The notes beneath the pieces were generated by a model. That model saw only the letters and a program-made list of their open reading frames with translations. It was not told where the DNA came from and did no database searches. A stretch of 64,000 nt of DNA from Candidatus Latescibacterota bacterium (GTDB lineage: Bacteria > Latescibacterota > UBA2968). Positions within the stretch are counted from its first letter, which is position 1, and every line of letters begins with the position of its first letter. Positions 1 to 10,642 of this stretch are shown here, piece after piece. The stretch is taken from assembly GCA_965208125.1 (NCBI GenBank), contig OZ242320.1:4896001-4960000 (forward strand). The letters are read 5' to 3'. A program made the translations under genes and the position numbers.

Positions 1-123
1 CTGGAAAAATCTCCTTGTGATGGAAGATGGTATAACTTAAAGAATTTATTTTTTAAGTCAAACCCATTGGGGCTAACTCATATCCAGAGCGCGTATATCT
101 CCTGCGGTATTTGCAGGAATCCC

Positions 124-152
124 TTGATTCAGATTTGTAAAAATGCTATATT
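124..152 (+). promoter_or_regulatory. sigma70-type promoter upstream of the mutL leader
   Basis: TTGATT (124-129), 17-nt spacer, TATATT (147-152), with an extended -10 TG at 144-145. Confidence 0.6.
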
Positions 153-158
153 TGCGTC

Positions 159-290
159 GAAGCTTGTGCTTCACAAAAAAACGCCTTGAATCTGCATGAG
201 GGTAGCCCCGCAGGAAGTTTTCCGCTGTTTTAACACCGGGACTTCGACAACCTTTTCGGCGCCCGGCGGGTTAGGCGTTTTTTGTTTTCT
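159..290 (+). ncRNA. candidate structured leader or small RNA upstream of mutL
   Basis: Closing stem AAAAAACGCCT(176-186)/AGGCGTTTTTT(273-283), internal CCGGG/CCCGG stem and a U-rich tail. Lies directly behind a good promoter. Family not identified. Confidence 0.35.
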
Positions 291-311
291 TTTTTCACAT
301 CTATCCTCAAT

Positions 312-2105
312 ATGCCCAATACAATTAGCATACTTCCGGATGAGATTGCCAACCGCATCGCTGCTGGGGAAGTGGTTGAGCGGCCGGCATCTGTAGCAAA
401 AGAACTGGTTGAGAACTCAGTGGATGCGGGATCGGACCGCATTGTGGTTGAAGTTTCTGCTGGCGGCAAGGAGAGCTTGCGAGTCAGTGATAACGGATGC
501 GGGATGTCGCGCGATGACGCGCTTTTAGCTCTCGAAAGGCACGCGACGAGCAAAATTCAAAGTCTGGATGATCTAAAAGGGTTGCTCACACATGGATTCA
601 GGGGTGAAGCATTGCCCAGTATTGCCGCTGTTTCGCGCATGACCCTTGAAACTCGTCTGGTAGGTGCGGTTGAAGGAACGCGAGTATCCGTGGTAGGCGG
701 GCGCGTGCAGGATGTATCCGCGATTGGTCGCGGACAGGGTACGGCTGTTACATTGCACGGTTTATTTTTTAACGTGCCCGCCAGACGGAAATTTCTCAAA
801 AGTGTCGACACGGAATTTCGTCATATTGTGAACGCGGTGACGGCCATGGCCATGGCCTATCCCGAGATTGGGTTTGACCTCAAGCACAATGGTCGCCAGG
901 TGTTGCAACTGAGCAAGTCTCGCTTTGATCGGCGAGCAGAACAGATATTTGGCGTGCGATATGGCGCAGATGCCATCGGTGTTGAGAGCAAGACAAGCGG
1001 GATTGAGGTTCGGGGCTTTGTGGGCAAGCCAGAGTCCGCACGAAAATCCGGCGCCCAACAGGTTTTGATTGTTAATAATCGATGGGTGCAACACAAAGCC
1101 ATCGCTTTCGCAGTTTACGAAGGATATGGCGGACTTTTGCCCAGGGGGCTTGCGCCGTCGTATTGCCTCTGTCTGAGCATTGATCCAGCGCGTGTGGATG
1201 TCAATGTCCATCCTTCAAAGCGAGAGGTTCGCTTCGCCGACGAGCGTTCAATTTACAGCCTGATCACCCAAGCGGTTCAACAATCGCTGCGCGGCGCAGA
1301 TCTGATTCCAGAAATGGGCGATGCTGTTATGCCTGTGGCAGATATACCTGTGAGCATTGCAGAATCCCCCGAGATTACCTATCAACTCGGACAGCCCAAA
1401 GTTGGCGGACAGCCCCAGATGGCATTGCCCCTGACAATGAGAATGTCGCAAGACAGAGCAAAGCCAGGGACCGGGATTAATACCGATGGTCTCGATGAAG
1501 AGGATTTTACACGGATTTCCGTATGGCAGTTGCACAGCAAGTACATTTTGGCGCATATCAAAAATGGTTTGATTGCGATTGACCAGCAGGTTGCCCACCA
1601 GAGGATTTTGTACGAACGCGCCATTGACAATATGCATACCCGTCCCGCAACGAGCCAGCGGCTGTTGTTTCCACTGACACTCGATTTTGGTGTCAAAGAA
1701 ATTTTTATTGTACGCGAGGCTATGCCCTTGCTGGAAAAAATGGGGTTTGGTATCCGTGATTTTGGGGGACATACTGTTGTAGTCGATGCCATTCCCCTGG
1801 GACTGAGAACGTGGCAAGACGGACAGCTTTTGCGAGATATGATTCGCGATATGGCCGAAGCCGAGCAAGCGACTTCTGTTCCGCCTTCCGTTCAAACGCG
1901 GCAGATCGCGCCCGAGGAACATCGGCTTGCATCGGTTTATGCCTGGCACACGTCAATTCGCACGGGTGAGGATTTATCGACAGAAGAAATGCGCGCGCTT
2001 ATCGATCAATTGTTCGCAACGCGAGAGCCTTTCGTCAGTCCTTATGGCAAGCCGACTCTTGTGAAGATCGGGCTGGATGAAATCGACAATCGGTTTAAGC
2101 GGTAG
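312..2105 (+). CDS. mutL: DNA mismatch repair protein MutL
   Basis: IAAGEVVERPASV, KELVENS, GFRGEAL and DVNVHPSK motifs; probable start ATG 312 (MPNTISILP); adjacent to miaA. Confidence 0.97.
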   Translation: MPNTISILPDEIANRIAAGEVVERPASVAKELVENSVDAGSDRIVVEVSAGGKESLRVSDNGCGMSRDDALLALERHATSKIQSLDDLKGLLTHGFRGEALPSIAAVSRMTLETRLVGAVEGTRVSVVGGRVQDVSAIGRGQGTAVTLHGLFFNVPARRKFLKSVDTEFRHIVNAVTAMAMAYPEIGFDLKHNGRQVLQLSKSRFDRRAEQIFGVRYGADAIGVESKTSGIEVRGFVGKPESARKSGAQQVLIVNNRWVQHKAIAFAVYEGYGGLLPRGLAPSYCLCLSIDPARVDVNVHPSKREVRFADERSIYSLITQAVQQSLRGADLIPEMGDAVMPVADIPVSIAESPEITYQLGQPKVGGQPQMALPLTMRMSQDRAKPGTGINTDGLDEEDFTRISVWQLHSKYILAHIKNGLIAIDQQVAHQRILYERAIDNMHTRPATSQRLLFPLTLDFGVKEIFIVREAMPLLEKMGFGIRDFGGHTVVVDAIPLGLRTWQDGQLLRDMIRDMAEAEQATSVPPSVQTRQIAPEEHRLASVYAWHTSIRTGEDLSTEEMRALIDQLFATREPFVSPYGKPTLVKIGLDEIDNRFKR

Positions 2106-2107
2106 TC

Positions 2108-3028
2108 ATGGCCACGCTTCGAGATATTCTGGTGATTGCCGGACCGACGGCATCGGGCAAAACGGCTGTGGGCATTGAACTCGCACAGAGATTAAATGGC
2201 GAGATTATATCGGCAGATGCGCGCCAGATTTATCGTTTTATGGATATTGGGACGGCAAAGCCGACGGCTGAAGAACGGGCTGCTGTGCGCCATCATCTCA
2301 TCGATTTTGTCAATCTCGACGAAGATTATAGCGCGGGGCAATTTGCCGAAGATGCATCTGAGGTGATTAGGGATCTTCTGCATCGCGGCAAGGTACCCAT
2401 TGTGGTCGGGGGAGCGGGATTGTATATTCGCGCGTTGTTCGATGGCTTTTCACCTATGCCGAAAATCCCAATAGAGATTCGCGCGCGATTGAAGGAAGAG
2501 GGGAGAGATTGTCTTCCCGAATTGTACGAAAGGCTGTGTGTGGTCGATCCCGAATGGGCTGCAAAAATTCAGGCGACCGATACACAACGCATTCTGCGCG
2601 GTCTGGAGGTCTATGAAGCATCGGGCAAACCGCTTTCTGAATATCAGAAGGTGCCGCCAACGCCACCGATCCGTCATGCTGTATCTTATTTTGGTTTATA
2701 CTGGGAGCGCGAAGCACTCTATGACCGGATCAATGCGCGGGCGTGTCTTATGTTTGAGAATGGCCTGATTGAAGAAGCAAAAAGTCTCCGCGATAAAGGT
2801 TACTCTCCCGATCTAAACGCGCTCAATGCGTTTGGGTACCGGGAAATATTTCAATATCTCAATGGTGTGACGACGCTTGATCGCGCGCTTGCCGATTTGC
2901 AACAGGGTACGCGACGCTATGCCAAGCGACAGATGACTTTTTTCCGCAGAGATGAGCGCATATTGTGGGTAGATGGCAGCGATAAAGGTGTAGCAGATGC
3001 CATCTTGCAAAACCTTGAAACATGTTGA
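2108..3028 (+). CDS. miaA: tRNA dimethylallyltransferase
   Basis: GPTASGKT, DIGTAKP and TRRYAKRQMTF motifs; mutL-miaA synteny. Confidence 0.97.
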   Translation: MATLRDILVIAGPTASGKTAVGIELAQRLNGEIISADARQIYRFMDIGTAKPTAEERAAVRHHLIDFVNLDEDYSAGQFAEDASEVIRDLLHRGKVPIVVGGAGLYIRALFDGFSPMPKIPIEIRARLKEEGRDCLPELYERLCVVDPEWAAKIQATDTQRILRGLEVYEASGKPLSEYQKVPPTPPIRHAVSYFGLYWEREALYDRINARACLMFENGLIEEAKSLRDKGYSPDLNALNAFGYREIFQYLNGVTTLDRALADLQQGTRRYAKRQMTFFRRDERILWVDGSDKGVADAILQNLETC

Positions 3029-3053
3029 CATCACATGGGAACGCCTGTAAATT
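3025..3053 (+). promoter_or_regulatory. sigma70 promoter for tRNA-Gly
   Basis: TTGACA (3025-3030, overlapping the miaA stop), 17-nt spacer, TAAATT (3048-3053). Confidence 0.7.
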
Positions 3054-3069
3054 GGCTATTCCTTGCGGA

Positions 3070-3145
3070 GCGGGAATAACTCAGTTGGTAGAGTGCAAGC
3101 TTCCCAAGCTTGATGTCGCGGGTTCGAGTCCCGTTTCCCGCTCCA
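3070..3145 (+). tRNA. tRNA-Gly (anticodon CCC)
   Basis: Cloverleaf with GCGGGAA/TTCCCGC acceptor stem, CAAGC-TTCCCAA-GCTTG anticodon arm, GGTTCGAGTCC T-arm and encoded CCA. Confidence 0.97.
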
Positions 3146-3162
3146 AAAAAATAATGAAAATC

Positions 3163-3200
3163 ACGGGCAATCTCAAAGCGGGTTGTCCGTTCTTTTTGTT
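3163..3200 (+). terminator. putative intrinsic terminator after tRNA-Gly
   Basis: ACGGGCAATC/GGTTGTCCGT stem with G-U pairs, followed by TCTTTTTGTT. Confidence 0.55.
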
Positions 3201-3254
3201 TCATGTATTGAATAAACCCAATCGGCGCAATATACTGCGTCCGAAGGAGTTTTG

Positions 3255-4001
3255 ATGGATAACGAAATTCGCATTCACTATGTCAGCCATTTTCTCAAGC
3301 TGAGTTTGTGGTATGCGCGGTTTTTGATGGGGCGAGAGGGGATTGGGTTTGAATATGCGATTACTTCCCGAGCTAATGTGTATCGCAATACGGATTTTTT
3401 CGATGGCGAAAACCATCCTGCACGGGGGTATGAGGACCCGGATTGGGACGCCTATTTGAAGGGTTTGAAGGCCATTTTTGATCGTTGCGAGGGCGAGGCA
3501 TGGGAGGAAGAAGGGCTGGCCTATTTGTGGCCCCGCGTGAAGAAGGGTTATAGCAGGCCTTCTACAAAGGGCCGTCCTTACGAATGCTGGACGTATGACG
3601 ATGGCGACGATTATATCGCGATCCATATTGGCAATGTGTATCAGCCCAAATCGCCTTTGAGTGAAATGCGAGATGCATTTATGGGCACATTGCTGCAATT
3701 GTTAAAGGATACGCAACAGCGACGCTCCGATGTCAAGACTGTGAGGTGTGGCAGTTGGCTCAATTCTGCGCCGCCATTTCAAGATCTATTTCCCAAAACC
3801 TGGCGCGAGAGCGCGATGGTGAGTCCAAAAGCGGGATATACGATGGGGCATTGGGGCCAGTTTATGGACCGCACAGGGCGTTTTCATACAAAAAATGGCG
3901 CGCATTTGCGGGCAACAGGGGAGTTTCTCTATCCCTGTTCGACTTGTTATGCGCCGATTGATGAGATTGTGGCGCATCTGGAGGCTATGGTGAAGGGTTA
4001 G
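3255..4001 (+). CDS. hypothetical protein, possibly with a GNAT-like C-terminal acyltransferase domain
   Basis: AAGGAG RBS; IAIHIG...CGSWLN resembles the xHIP...CxSWL pattern of GNAT_C-type proteins (weak). Confidence 0.7.
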   Translation: MDNEIRIHYVSHFLKLSLWYARFLMGREGIGFEYAITSRANVYRNTDFFDGENHPARGYEDPDWDAYLKGLKAIFDRCEGEAWEEEGLAYLWPRVKKGYSRPSTKGRPYECWTYDDGDDYIAIHIGNVYQPKSPLSEMRDAFMGTLLQLLKDTQQRRSDVKTVRCGSWLNSAPPFQDLFPKTWRESAMVSPKAGYTMGHWGQFMDRTGRFHTKNGAHLRATGEFLYPCSTCYAPIDEIVAHLEAMVKG

Positions 4002-5239
4002 ACAGGTTGTTTTTCCAGAGTCTCGGGGACGAGAAAGAGGAAAATGCCCGCTGCGGAAAGGCCAATACCTGCAATAGCCAGAGCAGCAGGCGATAGACCG
4101 AAGAAGTCGGCGACATAACCGACGCATACGGGACCAGACATGCGTCCGCCATCGCCGATGAGGCGCCAGAGGCCCAAAAATTCGCTCAGGGCATCGCGGG
4201 GTGCAAGGTCGGCCCCCAGGGTCATCATGGCTCCTGAACTGAGGCCATTGCCAAATCCGAGCAGACTGGCGGCGAGGAGAAGTGCGATAAATTCTCCTGT
4301 GATGAGGCTAAGGAAAAAAAAGGGCAAATTCAGGTGAGCGGCCAGGGATTCTGTGAGAGGGATAAGCGCCATCCCAATGGCTTGTAGGGCGAAGCTGGGT
4401 ACATTGGCGAATTTGCGTCCAAAGCGGTCCATGATGACCCCAGCGGGATAAAACATCATCATGTCGATAAAGCCCGAGACCGTCATGATGAGGCCGATTT
4501 GTTCATATCCCAAATTGAGGACTTCGGCGCCGTAAAGCGGTATGATGATGTAGCGACCACTGCGAATGGTTTGGGCAAAGAGCTGACCTGTACCTGCAGT
4601 GATCAGATTTTTGCTGTGGGCGCGAAAGATGTTAGCGAAGTGTCGCGCAAGGCCGTGTTGCGGTGGCGATACGCGCTTGCGAGAGGCTTCAACGGCGATT
4701 GCCGCGACTACTGCGGCTAAGAGTGAGATTCCGCCATAAACGAGAAATGGATATTTTACGGAGGTGACCGAGGCAATATAGCCGCCGATGACAGGGCCCC
4801 CAAAGGTGCCGATACGGCTGATGCCACCAAATACAGAGAGGGCGCGGCCCCTCTGGTGGACGGCTGTGGCATCGGCCAAATAAGCATACCGCGAGATGTC
4901 CCAAAGTGCGCCGCCTATCCCGCCCACAAAGCGCAGCAGGAAGACTACAGAGATGGATGGTGCAAAAAAGAGGCCTGCGCCGCACAATGCAACTGTGAGG
5001 GCCCCCAATAGCATCGCGGATTTGCGACCAATGCGGTTGAGTACCATGGCCGCGGGCAGGTCGCCAACGAGGTGGCCGATACCCTCGGCAGCGAGCACGA
5101 GACCGACGAGGCCGTAAGAAATGTCAAACGATTTGGCGTAGAGTGGCAATATGGGGACGAGCAGGCCACTGCCCAGTCTGAGTAAAAATGTGGGGATAAA
5201 GACGGGGAGGATAAGGGGGTTGCGGATGATTGCGCTCAT
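3998..5239 (-). CDS. MFS transporter
   Basis: Many hydrophobic helices; motif A variants NRIGRK and MDRFGRK; likely start MSAIIRNP at 5239. Confidence 0.9.
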   Translation of the reverse strand: MSAIIRNPLILPVFIPTFLLRLGSGLLVPILPLYAKSFDISYGLVGLVLAAEGIGHLVGDLPAAMVLNRIGRKSAMLLGALTVALCGAGLFFAPSISVVFLLRFVGGIGGALWDISRYAYLADATAVHQRGRALSVFGGISRIGTFGGPVIGGYIASVTSVKYPFLVYGGISLLAAVVAAIAVEASRKRVSPPQHGLARHFANIFRAHSKNLITAGTGQLFAQTIRSGRYIIIPLYGAEVLNLGYEQIGLIMTVSGFIDMMMFYPAGVIMDRFGRKFANVPSFALQAIGMALIPLTESLAAHLNLPFFFLSLITGEFIALLLAASLLGFGNGLSSGAMMTLGADLAPRDALSEFLGLWRLIGDGGRMSGPVCVGYVADFFGLSPAALAIAGIGLSAAGIFLFLVPETLEKQPV

Positions 5240-5284
5240 TGAAGTAAAAAACAAAAATAAGAGGCAAAAAGCAACCACTACACA

Positions 5285-6016
5285 ATGGATTTTCCAATAC
5301 GCGAAATATGTTATGCGAGCGGTATTTTTTGGATTGCGGGTAGCTTGCAAGGGTTGACAGGGTTTGGGTTTAATCTGCTTTCTATACCGGCAATGGTTTT
5401 GTGGTTTCCCGCACAGGTGGTTGTGCCCGGGGTTTTGATGTCTTATTTGCCTTTGGGCACCGGCCAGTTTATTCAACTGCGGCGGGATGTGGATTGGAAG
5501 GTGCTGGGGATGATTGTGGGTACTGCGATTGTGGGTATGCCTTTGGGCGCGTTTGTGTTACGCGATACAGATGCAGAAGTGATGAAGCGCGCCATTGGTT
5601 TGGCGATGGTGGTATTAGCAATTGTTCTGCAATTGCGACCGGGTAATCCTTTTCGACATGATGCACTGACCTGTGTGGGGGTGGGTATGTTCAGTGGTTT
5701 TTTGTCGTCCAGTATCGGTGTATCTGGACCGCCTATCGTTCTGTTTGGACTGAAACAGCGCTGGCCGCAGGCGATGATGCGCGCAACGCTTTTGACCTGT
5801 TTTTTGTGTACTTCTACGTTGAGTCTCTGTGTGTTGTGGGCAGTAGGAGTGTTGACGCTTGAGAGTTTGCAATTCGTCCTCTGGGGTGCGCCGGGTTTGA
5901 TTTTGGGATTTTTGACCGCGACCTATCTCCGCGCACGGGTTCACCAGGTGGCGGTGTTTCGCTGGATTTCGATTGGTATGGTAATGGCTGGCGGATTGGC
6001 TGCGGCGATTTTTTGA
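5285..6016 (+). CDS. sulfite exporter TauE/SafE family protein
   Basis: GLTGFGF and GVSGPP motifs; about 8 TM helices. Confidence 0.85.
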   Translation: MDFPIREICYASGIFWIAGSLQGLTGFGFNLLSIPAMVLWFPAQVVVPGVLMSYLPLGTGQFIQLRRDVDWKVLGMIVGTAIVGMPLGAFVLRDTDAEVMKRAIGLAMVVLAIVLQLRPGNPFRHDALTCVGVGMFSGFLSSSIGVSGPPIVLFGLKQRWPQAMMRATLLTCFLCTSTLSLCVLWAVGVLTLESLQFVLWGAPGLILGFLTATYLRARVHQVAVFRWISIGMVMAGGLAAAIF

Positions 6017-6028
6017 TGATGGGCAAGT

Positions 6029-6090
6029 GCGTGCCTGTCAGTTGATTAAACTCAACGGCCTGTTGATTGGTCAGGCACGCTATTTATTTT
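6029..6090 (+). terminator. stem-loop or putative terminator between tauE and metH
   Basis: GCGTGCCTG/CAGGCACGC perfect inverted repeat followed by TATTTATTTT. Confidence 0.5.
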
Positions 6091-6139
6091 ATCTTTGTCC
6101 TCGACTTTTTCCTGTTCAACCGAATAAGAGAAAAGATGT

Positions 6140-9100
6140 ATGCGTGATACAGATACAACCATTCGCAACTTGATGTCAGAGCGCATTTTGCTGCTCGATG
6201 GGGCGATGGCTACGATGATTCAGGCTTACGATCTGGACGAGCAGGCGTTTCGAGGCGAGGACTTTGGGGATCATCCCATTGATGTGAAGGGGTGTAGCGA
6301 TCTCTTGTGCCTGACGCAGCCGCATTTGATCGCGGATATTCATCGGCGATTTTTGGATGCTGGGGCGGATATTATCGAGACGAATACGTTTAATGCCACG
6401 CCGATTTCAATGGCGGAGTATCAGCTTCAGGACCGGGTTTACGATCTCAACGTGGCAGCCGCGCAGGTTGCGCAAAAAGTAGCGGATGAGGTGACAGTGC
6501 AAAATCCGGATAAACCGCGATTTGTTGCGGGTGCTCTGGGGCCAACGAGTTGTACGCTTTCGCTGTCGCCCAATGTGAATGATCCGGCTTTTCGCACGCA
6601 TACGTTTGAAGATGTTGTCAAAGGGTATTACGCGCAGATCGAGGGTTTGATGGCAGGGGGTGTGGACCTGATCCTGGTGGAGACGGTGTTTGATACGCTC
6701 ACAGCCAAAGCCGCGCTATTTGCCGTGTCGCGTTATTTTTCGGATTACGGCGTAAAAGTACCCGTGATGATTTCTGGCACAGTGGCCGATCAAAGCGGAC
6801 GCACGTTGTCCGGGCAGACCATAGAAGCGTTCTGGTTGTCGGTGGCGCACGCACAGCCCTTGAGTGTGGGGATTAACTGCGCTCTCGGTGCGCGGGAAAT
6901 GCGGCCTTATGTGGAGGCTTTGTCGCATTTTGCACCGGCGTTTATGAGTTGTTATCCCAATGCGGGTCTGCCCAATGAGTTTGGGGAATACGACGATTCT
7001 CCGGGCCACATGGCGGGTGTTTTGGGCGATTTTGCCGCGCAGGGTTGGCTCAATATCGTGGGCGGATGCTGTGGCACTACGCCCGAATATATCGCTGCGA
7101 TTGCCGAGGCTGTATCCGATAAGGCGCCGAGAAAAATTCCCGAGCGTTCTTCTGTGTCGCGCTTTAGCGGTTTGGAGCCGATGATTATTTATCCAGACTC
7201 CAATTTTATTATGATTGGCGAGCGCACCAATGTAACGGGGTCGCGACGGTTTGCGCGGTTGATCAAAACGGGCGATTATGCGGCGGCACTGGCAGTTGCG
7301 CGCGAGCAGGTGGTTGGTGGTGCGAATATGATTGATGTCAATATGGACGAGGGGTTGCTCGATTCAAAAGATGCTATGGCGACGTTTTTAAAGCTGATCG
7401 CGGGCGAACCCGATATTGCGCGCGTGCCAATTGTGATTGACAGTTCCGATTTTGAGGTGATTGAGGCCGGGTTAAAATGTGTGCAGGGCAAGGCGATTGT
7501 CAATTCTATTAGTTTGAAAGAGGGCGAGGCGGTTTTTAAGTCGCAGGCAGAAACCGTGTTGCGCTATGGTGCTGCGGTTGTGGTAATGGCGTTTGATGAA
7601 AAGGGGCAGGCGACGTCGATTGAAGATAAGGTGCGGATTTGCCAGCGCGCATATCGCATTTTGACCGAAGATGTGGGGATGGATGCGTCGGATATTATTT
7701 TTGATCCGAATATTCTGACCGTTGCAACGGGTATAGAAGAGCATAACGATTATGCAGTCAATTTTATCGAGGCAGTGAAGCAGATCAAAGAACTGTGCCC
7801 GGGCGCGAAGACGAGTGGTGGCGTGAGCAATATTTCATTCTCTTTTAGGGGCAATGATTATGTGCGGGAGGCGATTCATGCGGCTTTTTTGTACCACGCG
7901 ATTCAAGCGGGTCTGGATATGGGCATTGTCAATGCCGGACAGTTGATGGTGTATGAGGAAATTCCCGAAAATTTACGCGTGCTGATTGAAGATGTGTTGT
8001 TCAACAGGCGGGAAGATGCAACGGAACGGCTGGTGGATTTTGCCGAGTCTGTGCGGTCAGAGGGCAAGAGCCGTGAAAAAGACGATGCATGGCGGCAGGG
8101 GGCGGTTGAAGATCGCTTGAAGCACGCGCTATTGCACGGGCAGTCAGAGCATCTTGAGGAGGATCTGGAGGAGGCACTTGGCAGGTACAAACCGCTGGAG
8201 ATGATTGAAGGTCCGTTGATGGATGGGATGAATGTGGTGGGCGATTTGTTTGGCGCGGGCAAAATGTTTTTGCCTCAGGTGGTCAAAACAGCGCGCGTGA
8301 TGAAGCAGGCGGTGGCATATCTCGAGCCTTTGATGGAAGATGAGAAGGCAGGCGGCGGGGCGCGGGGCAAAGTTCTGATGGCGACTGTGAAGGGGGATGT
8401 TCACGATATTGGCAAGAATATTGTGGGCGTGGTTTTGGGGTGCAATAATTACGAGGTGATCGATCTGGGTGTGATGGTGCCCGCGGATCGCATTTTGAAA
8501 GTTGCACGAGAAAAGGCAGTCGATATTATCGGGCTGAGCGGTTTGATTACACCGTCGCTCAATGAGATGGTTCATGTTGCAGGGGAGATGCAGCGCGAGG
8601 AGTTTGACGTGCCCCTTTTAATTGGGGGAGCGACCACGAGCCGCAGGCATACGGCGGTGAAAATTGCGCCGGTTTACGAATATGCAACCGTGCATGTGAA
8701 GGATGCTTCGCGCGCAACAGGTGTGGTGGGCACGCTGTTGAACACAGAGCAGCGCGATGAGTATGTACAGGCAAATCGCGAGTCGCAGCAGCGGGCACTG
8801 GCGGAGTTTAATATTTCTCAAAGGCCGCTTATTTCTTACTCGGATGCACTGGCGCGTCGCCAGACGTTTAATTGGGCACAGATCGATCTTCCCAGACCCA
8901 GTTTTACGGGTGTGCAGACTTTGCGCGATTGCCCAATTTCTCAATTGGTCGATTTTATCGACTGGGGACCGTTTTTCCACGCCTGGGAACTGCGGGGCAG
9001 TTATCCGAAGATATTAAATGATCCTCACAAGGGCACAGAGGCGCGCAAATTGTTCGACGACGCACGGGCGATGCTTCAGGCGATTGCCGATGAAGGATGG

Positions 9101-9796
9101 CTCAGCGCACAGGCTGTGTACGGATTTTTCCCTGCAAATGCCGATGGCGACGATATTGTCGTGTTTGAAGATGAGTGCAGAGATACCGAGCGGGCGCGGT
9201 TGCCGATGTTGCGCCAGCAGCAGGAAAAGCGCGCAGGGGGACCGTATTTTTCACTGACCGATTTTGTCGCACCTGCCGGATATGCAGATTATATCGGGGC
9301 ATTTGCCGTGACTGCAGGATTGGGCGTTGACGCGAAAGCTGCGGCGTTTAAGGACGCGCTGGACGATTACAATGCCATTTTGCTCCAGGCTGTAGCGGAC
9401 CGCCTGGCTGAGGCATTTGCCGAATTTTTGCACGCGAAGGCACGGAGAGATTGGGGCTATGGTCTGAGCGAATCGTTGAGTAATGAGGATTTGATCAGGG
9501 AGAGATATCGCGGTATTCGTCCCGCGCCCGGTTATCCAGCCTGTCCGGATCACACGGAGAAGCAGACTTTGTTTGATTTGCTCGGGGTTGAGAGAGAGGC
9601 GGATATTCGGTTGACTGAGAATTTTGCCATGACCCCTGCGGCTTCGGTCAGCGGCTGGTATCTCGCACATCCCGATGCGCGCTATTTTGCCGTGGGTAAG
9701 ATCAACGCGGATCAAGTGACCGATTACGCACGGCGGAAGGGAATGCAGATGGCAGAGATGGAGCGCTGGTTGGTGCCGAATTTGGGGTATAAGTAG
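6140..9796 (+). CDS. metH: cobalamin-dependent methionine synthase
   Basis: GGCCGT (homocysteine-binding domain), [10 protein letters not shown] (pterin domain), [10 protein letters not shown] (B12 motif), [12 protein letters not shown] (reactivation domain). Confidence 0.98.
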   Translation: MRDTDTTIRNLMSERILLLDGAMATMIQAYDLDEQAFRGEDFGDHPIDVKGCSDLLCLTQPHLIADIHRRFLDAGADIIETNTFNATPISMAEYQLQDRVYDLNVAAAQVAQKVADEVTVQNPDKPRFVAGALGPTSCTLSLSPNVNDPAFRTHTFEDVVKGYYAQIEGLMAGGVDLILVETVFDTLTAKAALFAVSRYFSDYGVKVPVMISGTVADQSGRTLSGQTIEAFWLSVAHAQPLSVGINCALGAREMRPYVEALSHFAPAFMSCYPNAGLPNEFGEYDDSPGHMAGVLGDFAAQGWLNIVGGCCGTTPEYIAAIAEAVSDKAPRKIPERSSVSRFSGLEPMIIYPDSNFIMIGERTNVTGSRRFARLIKTGDYAAALAVAREQVVGGANMIDVNMDEGLLDSKDAMATFLKLIAGEPDIARVPIVIDSSDFEVIEAGLKCVQGKAIVNSISLKEGEAVFKSQAETVLRYGAAVVVMAFDEKGQATSIEDKVRICQRAYRILTEDVGMDASDIIFDPNILTVATGIEEHNDYAVNFIEAVKQIKELCPGAKTSGGVSNISFSFRGNDYVREAIHAAFLYHAIQAGLDMGIVNAGQLMVYEEIPENLRVLIEDVLFNRREDATERLVDFAESVRSEGKSREKDDAWRQGAVEDRLKHALLHGQSEHLEEDLEEALGRYKPLEMIEGPLMDGMNVVGDLFGAGKMFLPQVVKTARVMKQAVAYLEPLMEDEKAGGGARGKVLMATVKGDVHDIGKNIVGVVLGCNNYEVIDLGVMVPADRILKVAREKAVDIIGLSGLITPSLNEMVHVAGEMQREEFDVPLLIGGATTSRRHTAVKIAPVYEYATVHVKDASRATGVVGTLLNTEQRDEYVQANRESQQRALAEFNISQRPLISYSDALARRQTFNWAQIDLPRPSFTGVQTLRDCPISQLVDFIDWGPFFHAWELRGSYPKILNDPHKGTEARKLFDDARAMLQAIADEGWLSAQAVYGFFPANADGDDIVVFEDECRDTERARLPMLRQQQEKRAGGPYFSLTDFVAPAGYADYIGAFAVTAGLGVDAKAAAFKDALDDYNAILLQAVADRLAEAFAEFLHAKARRDWGYGLSESLSNEDLIRERYRGIRPAPGYPACPDHTEKQTLFDLLGVEREADIRLTENFAMTPAASVSGWYLAHPDARYFAVGKINADQVTDYARRKGMQMAEMERWLVPNLGYK

Positions 9797-9819
9797 AGAT
9801 AGCGAAGAAGGAAAACAGC

Positions 9820-10428
9820 ATGCATGTTTATATCGTATTTGCTCATCCGAGTAAGCGGTCTTTTACGGGTGATGTGCTGGCAGAGTTTTGTCGTGGGTTG
9901 AAGGATGGAGGCCACTCATACGAGATAGGCGATTTGTACGAAATAGATTTCAGGACTGATATGAGTCTGGACGAATACAACCGGGAGATGAATGTCTATG
10001 GCAATCGTCCGGAATTACCTGTGCCCCCTGATGTGCAGGCTGAACACGCAAAGATTGAGAAAGCCAATGGCCTAGTGTTCGTATTTCCAGTTTGGTGGAG
10101 TGATGGTCCGGCAAAATTGAAGGGCTGGTTTGATCGGGTCTGCGTCTGTGGATATACGTATGTGTATGAGAACGAGAAATACCCGATGTCTGGACTCGAG
10201 ATTGATAGGGCATTAGTCTTGTGTACTGCGGGTCACACACTTGAGGATCTCGAAGAAACCGGTATTTTAGAGAGTATGCGGTGTATCTATCTCAATGATC
10301 GCCTTCGCCCTGAAATAGGCGTGGCACGGACGGATATGGTTGTGTTGGGTGGGACGGTTGAAGGCGGAGAAAGCGTAAGGCACAAGAATCTCGCACGGGC
10401 TTATCATTTAGGAAAGGAGTTTTGCTGA
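9820..10428 (+). CDS. NAD(P)H-dependent oxidoreductase, flavodoxin-like fold
   Basis: AHPSKRSFT and FPVWWSDGPAKLKGWFDRV motifs. Confidence 0.88.
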   Translation: MHVYIVFAHPSKRSFTGDVLAEFCRGLKDGGHSYEIGDLYEIDFRTDMSLDEYNREMNVYGNRPELPVPPDVQAEHAKIEKANGLVFVFPVWWSDGPAKLKGWFDRVCVCGYTYVYENEKYPMSGLEIDRALVLCTAGHTLEDLEETGILESMRCIYLNDRLRPEIGVARTDMVVLGGTVEGGESVRHKNLARAYHLGKEFC

Positions 10429-10464
10429 AAGTATTCCATATATATGTTTGTCCAACAAATAGTT

Positions 10465-10508
10465 AGCCCTACAAGTTCAATTAATTTTGTGGGGCTTTTT
10501 TATTTTTT
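10465..10508 (+). terminator. intrinsic terminator
   Basis: AGCCCTACAA/TTGTGGGGCT stem followed by a T-run. Confidence 0.65.
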
Positions 10509-10642
10509 AGCAGTCTATTTTCTATATTGTCGAATAATCTTATATTTGAAAAGCGTTTGGTGTGTTTGACTGAGCGTTGTATTTTTTGAAAAATGAATGT
10601 GTGAGAGGTAAGGCTCAATTAACCGCTGAAAAGGCATAAACA

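Noticed and set aside
3022-3255. 77-aa ORF from the ORF track
   Set aside because: Overlaps tRNA-Gly and its promoter; spurious. The same applies to 54851-55135 over tRNA-Arg.
6017-6139. Possible SAM/SAH/cobalamin riboswitch before metH
   Set aside because: Only a terminator-like hairpin; no recognisable aptamer consensus
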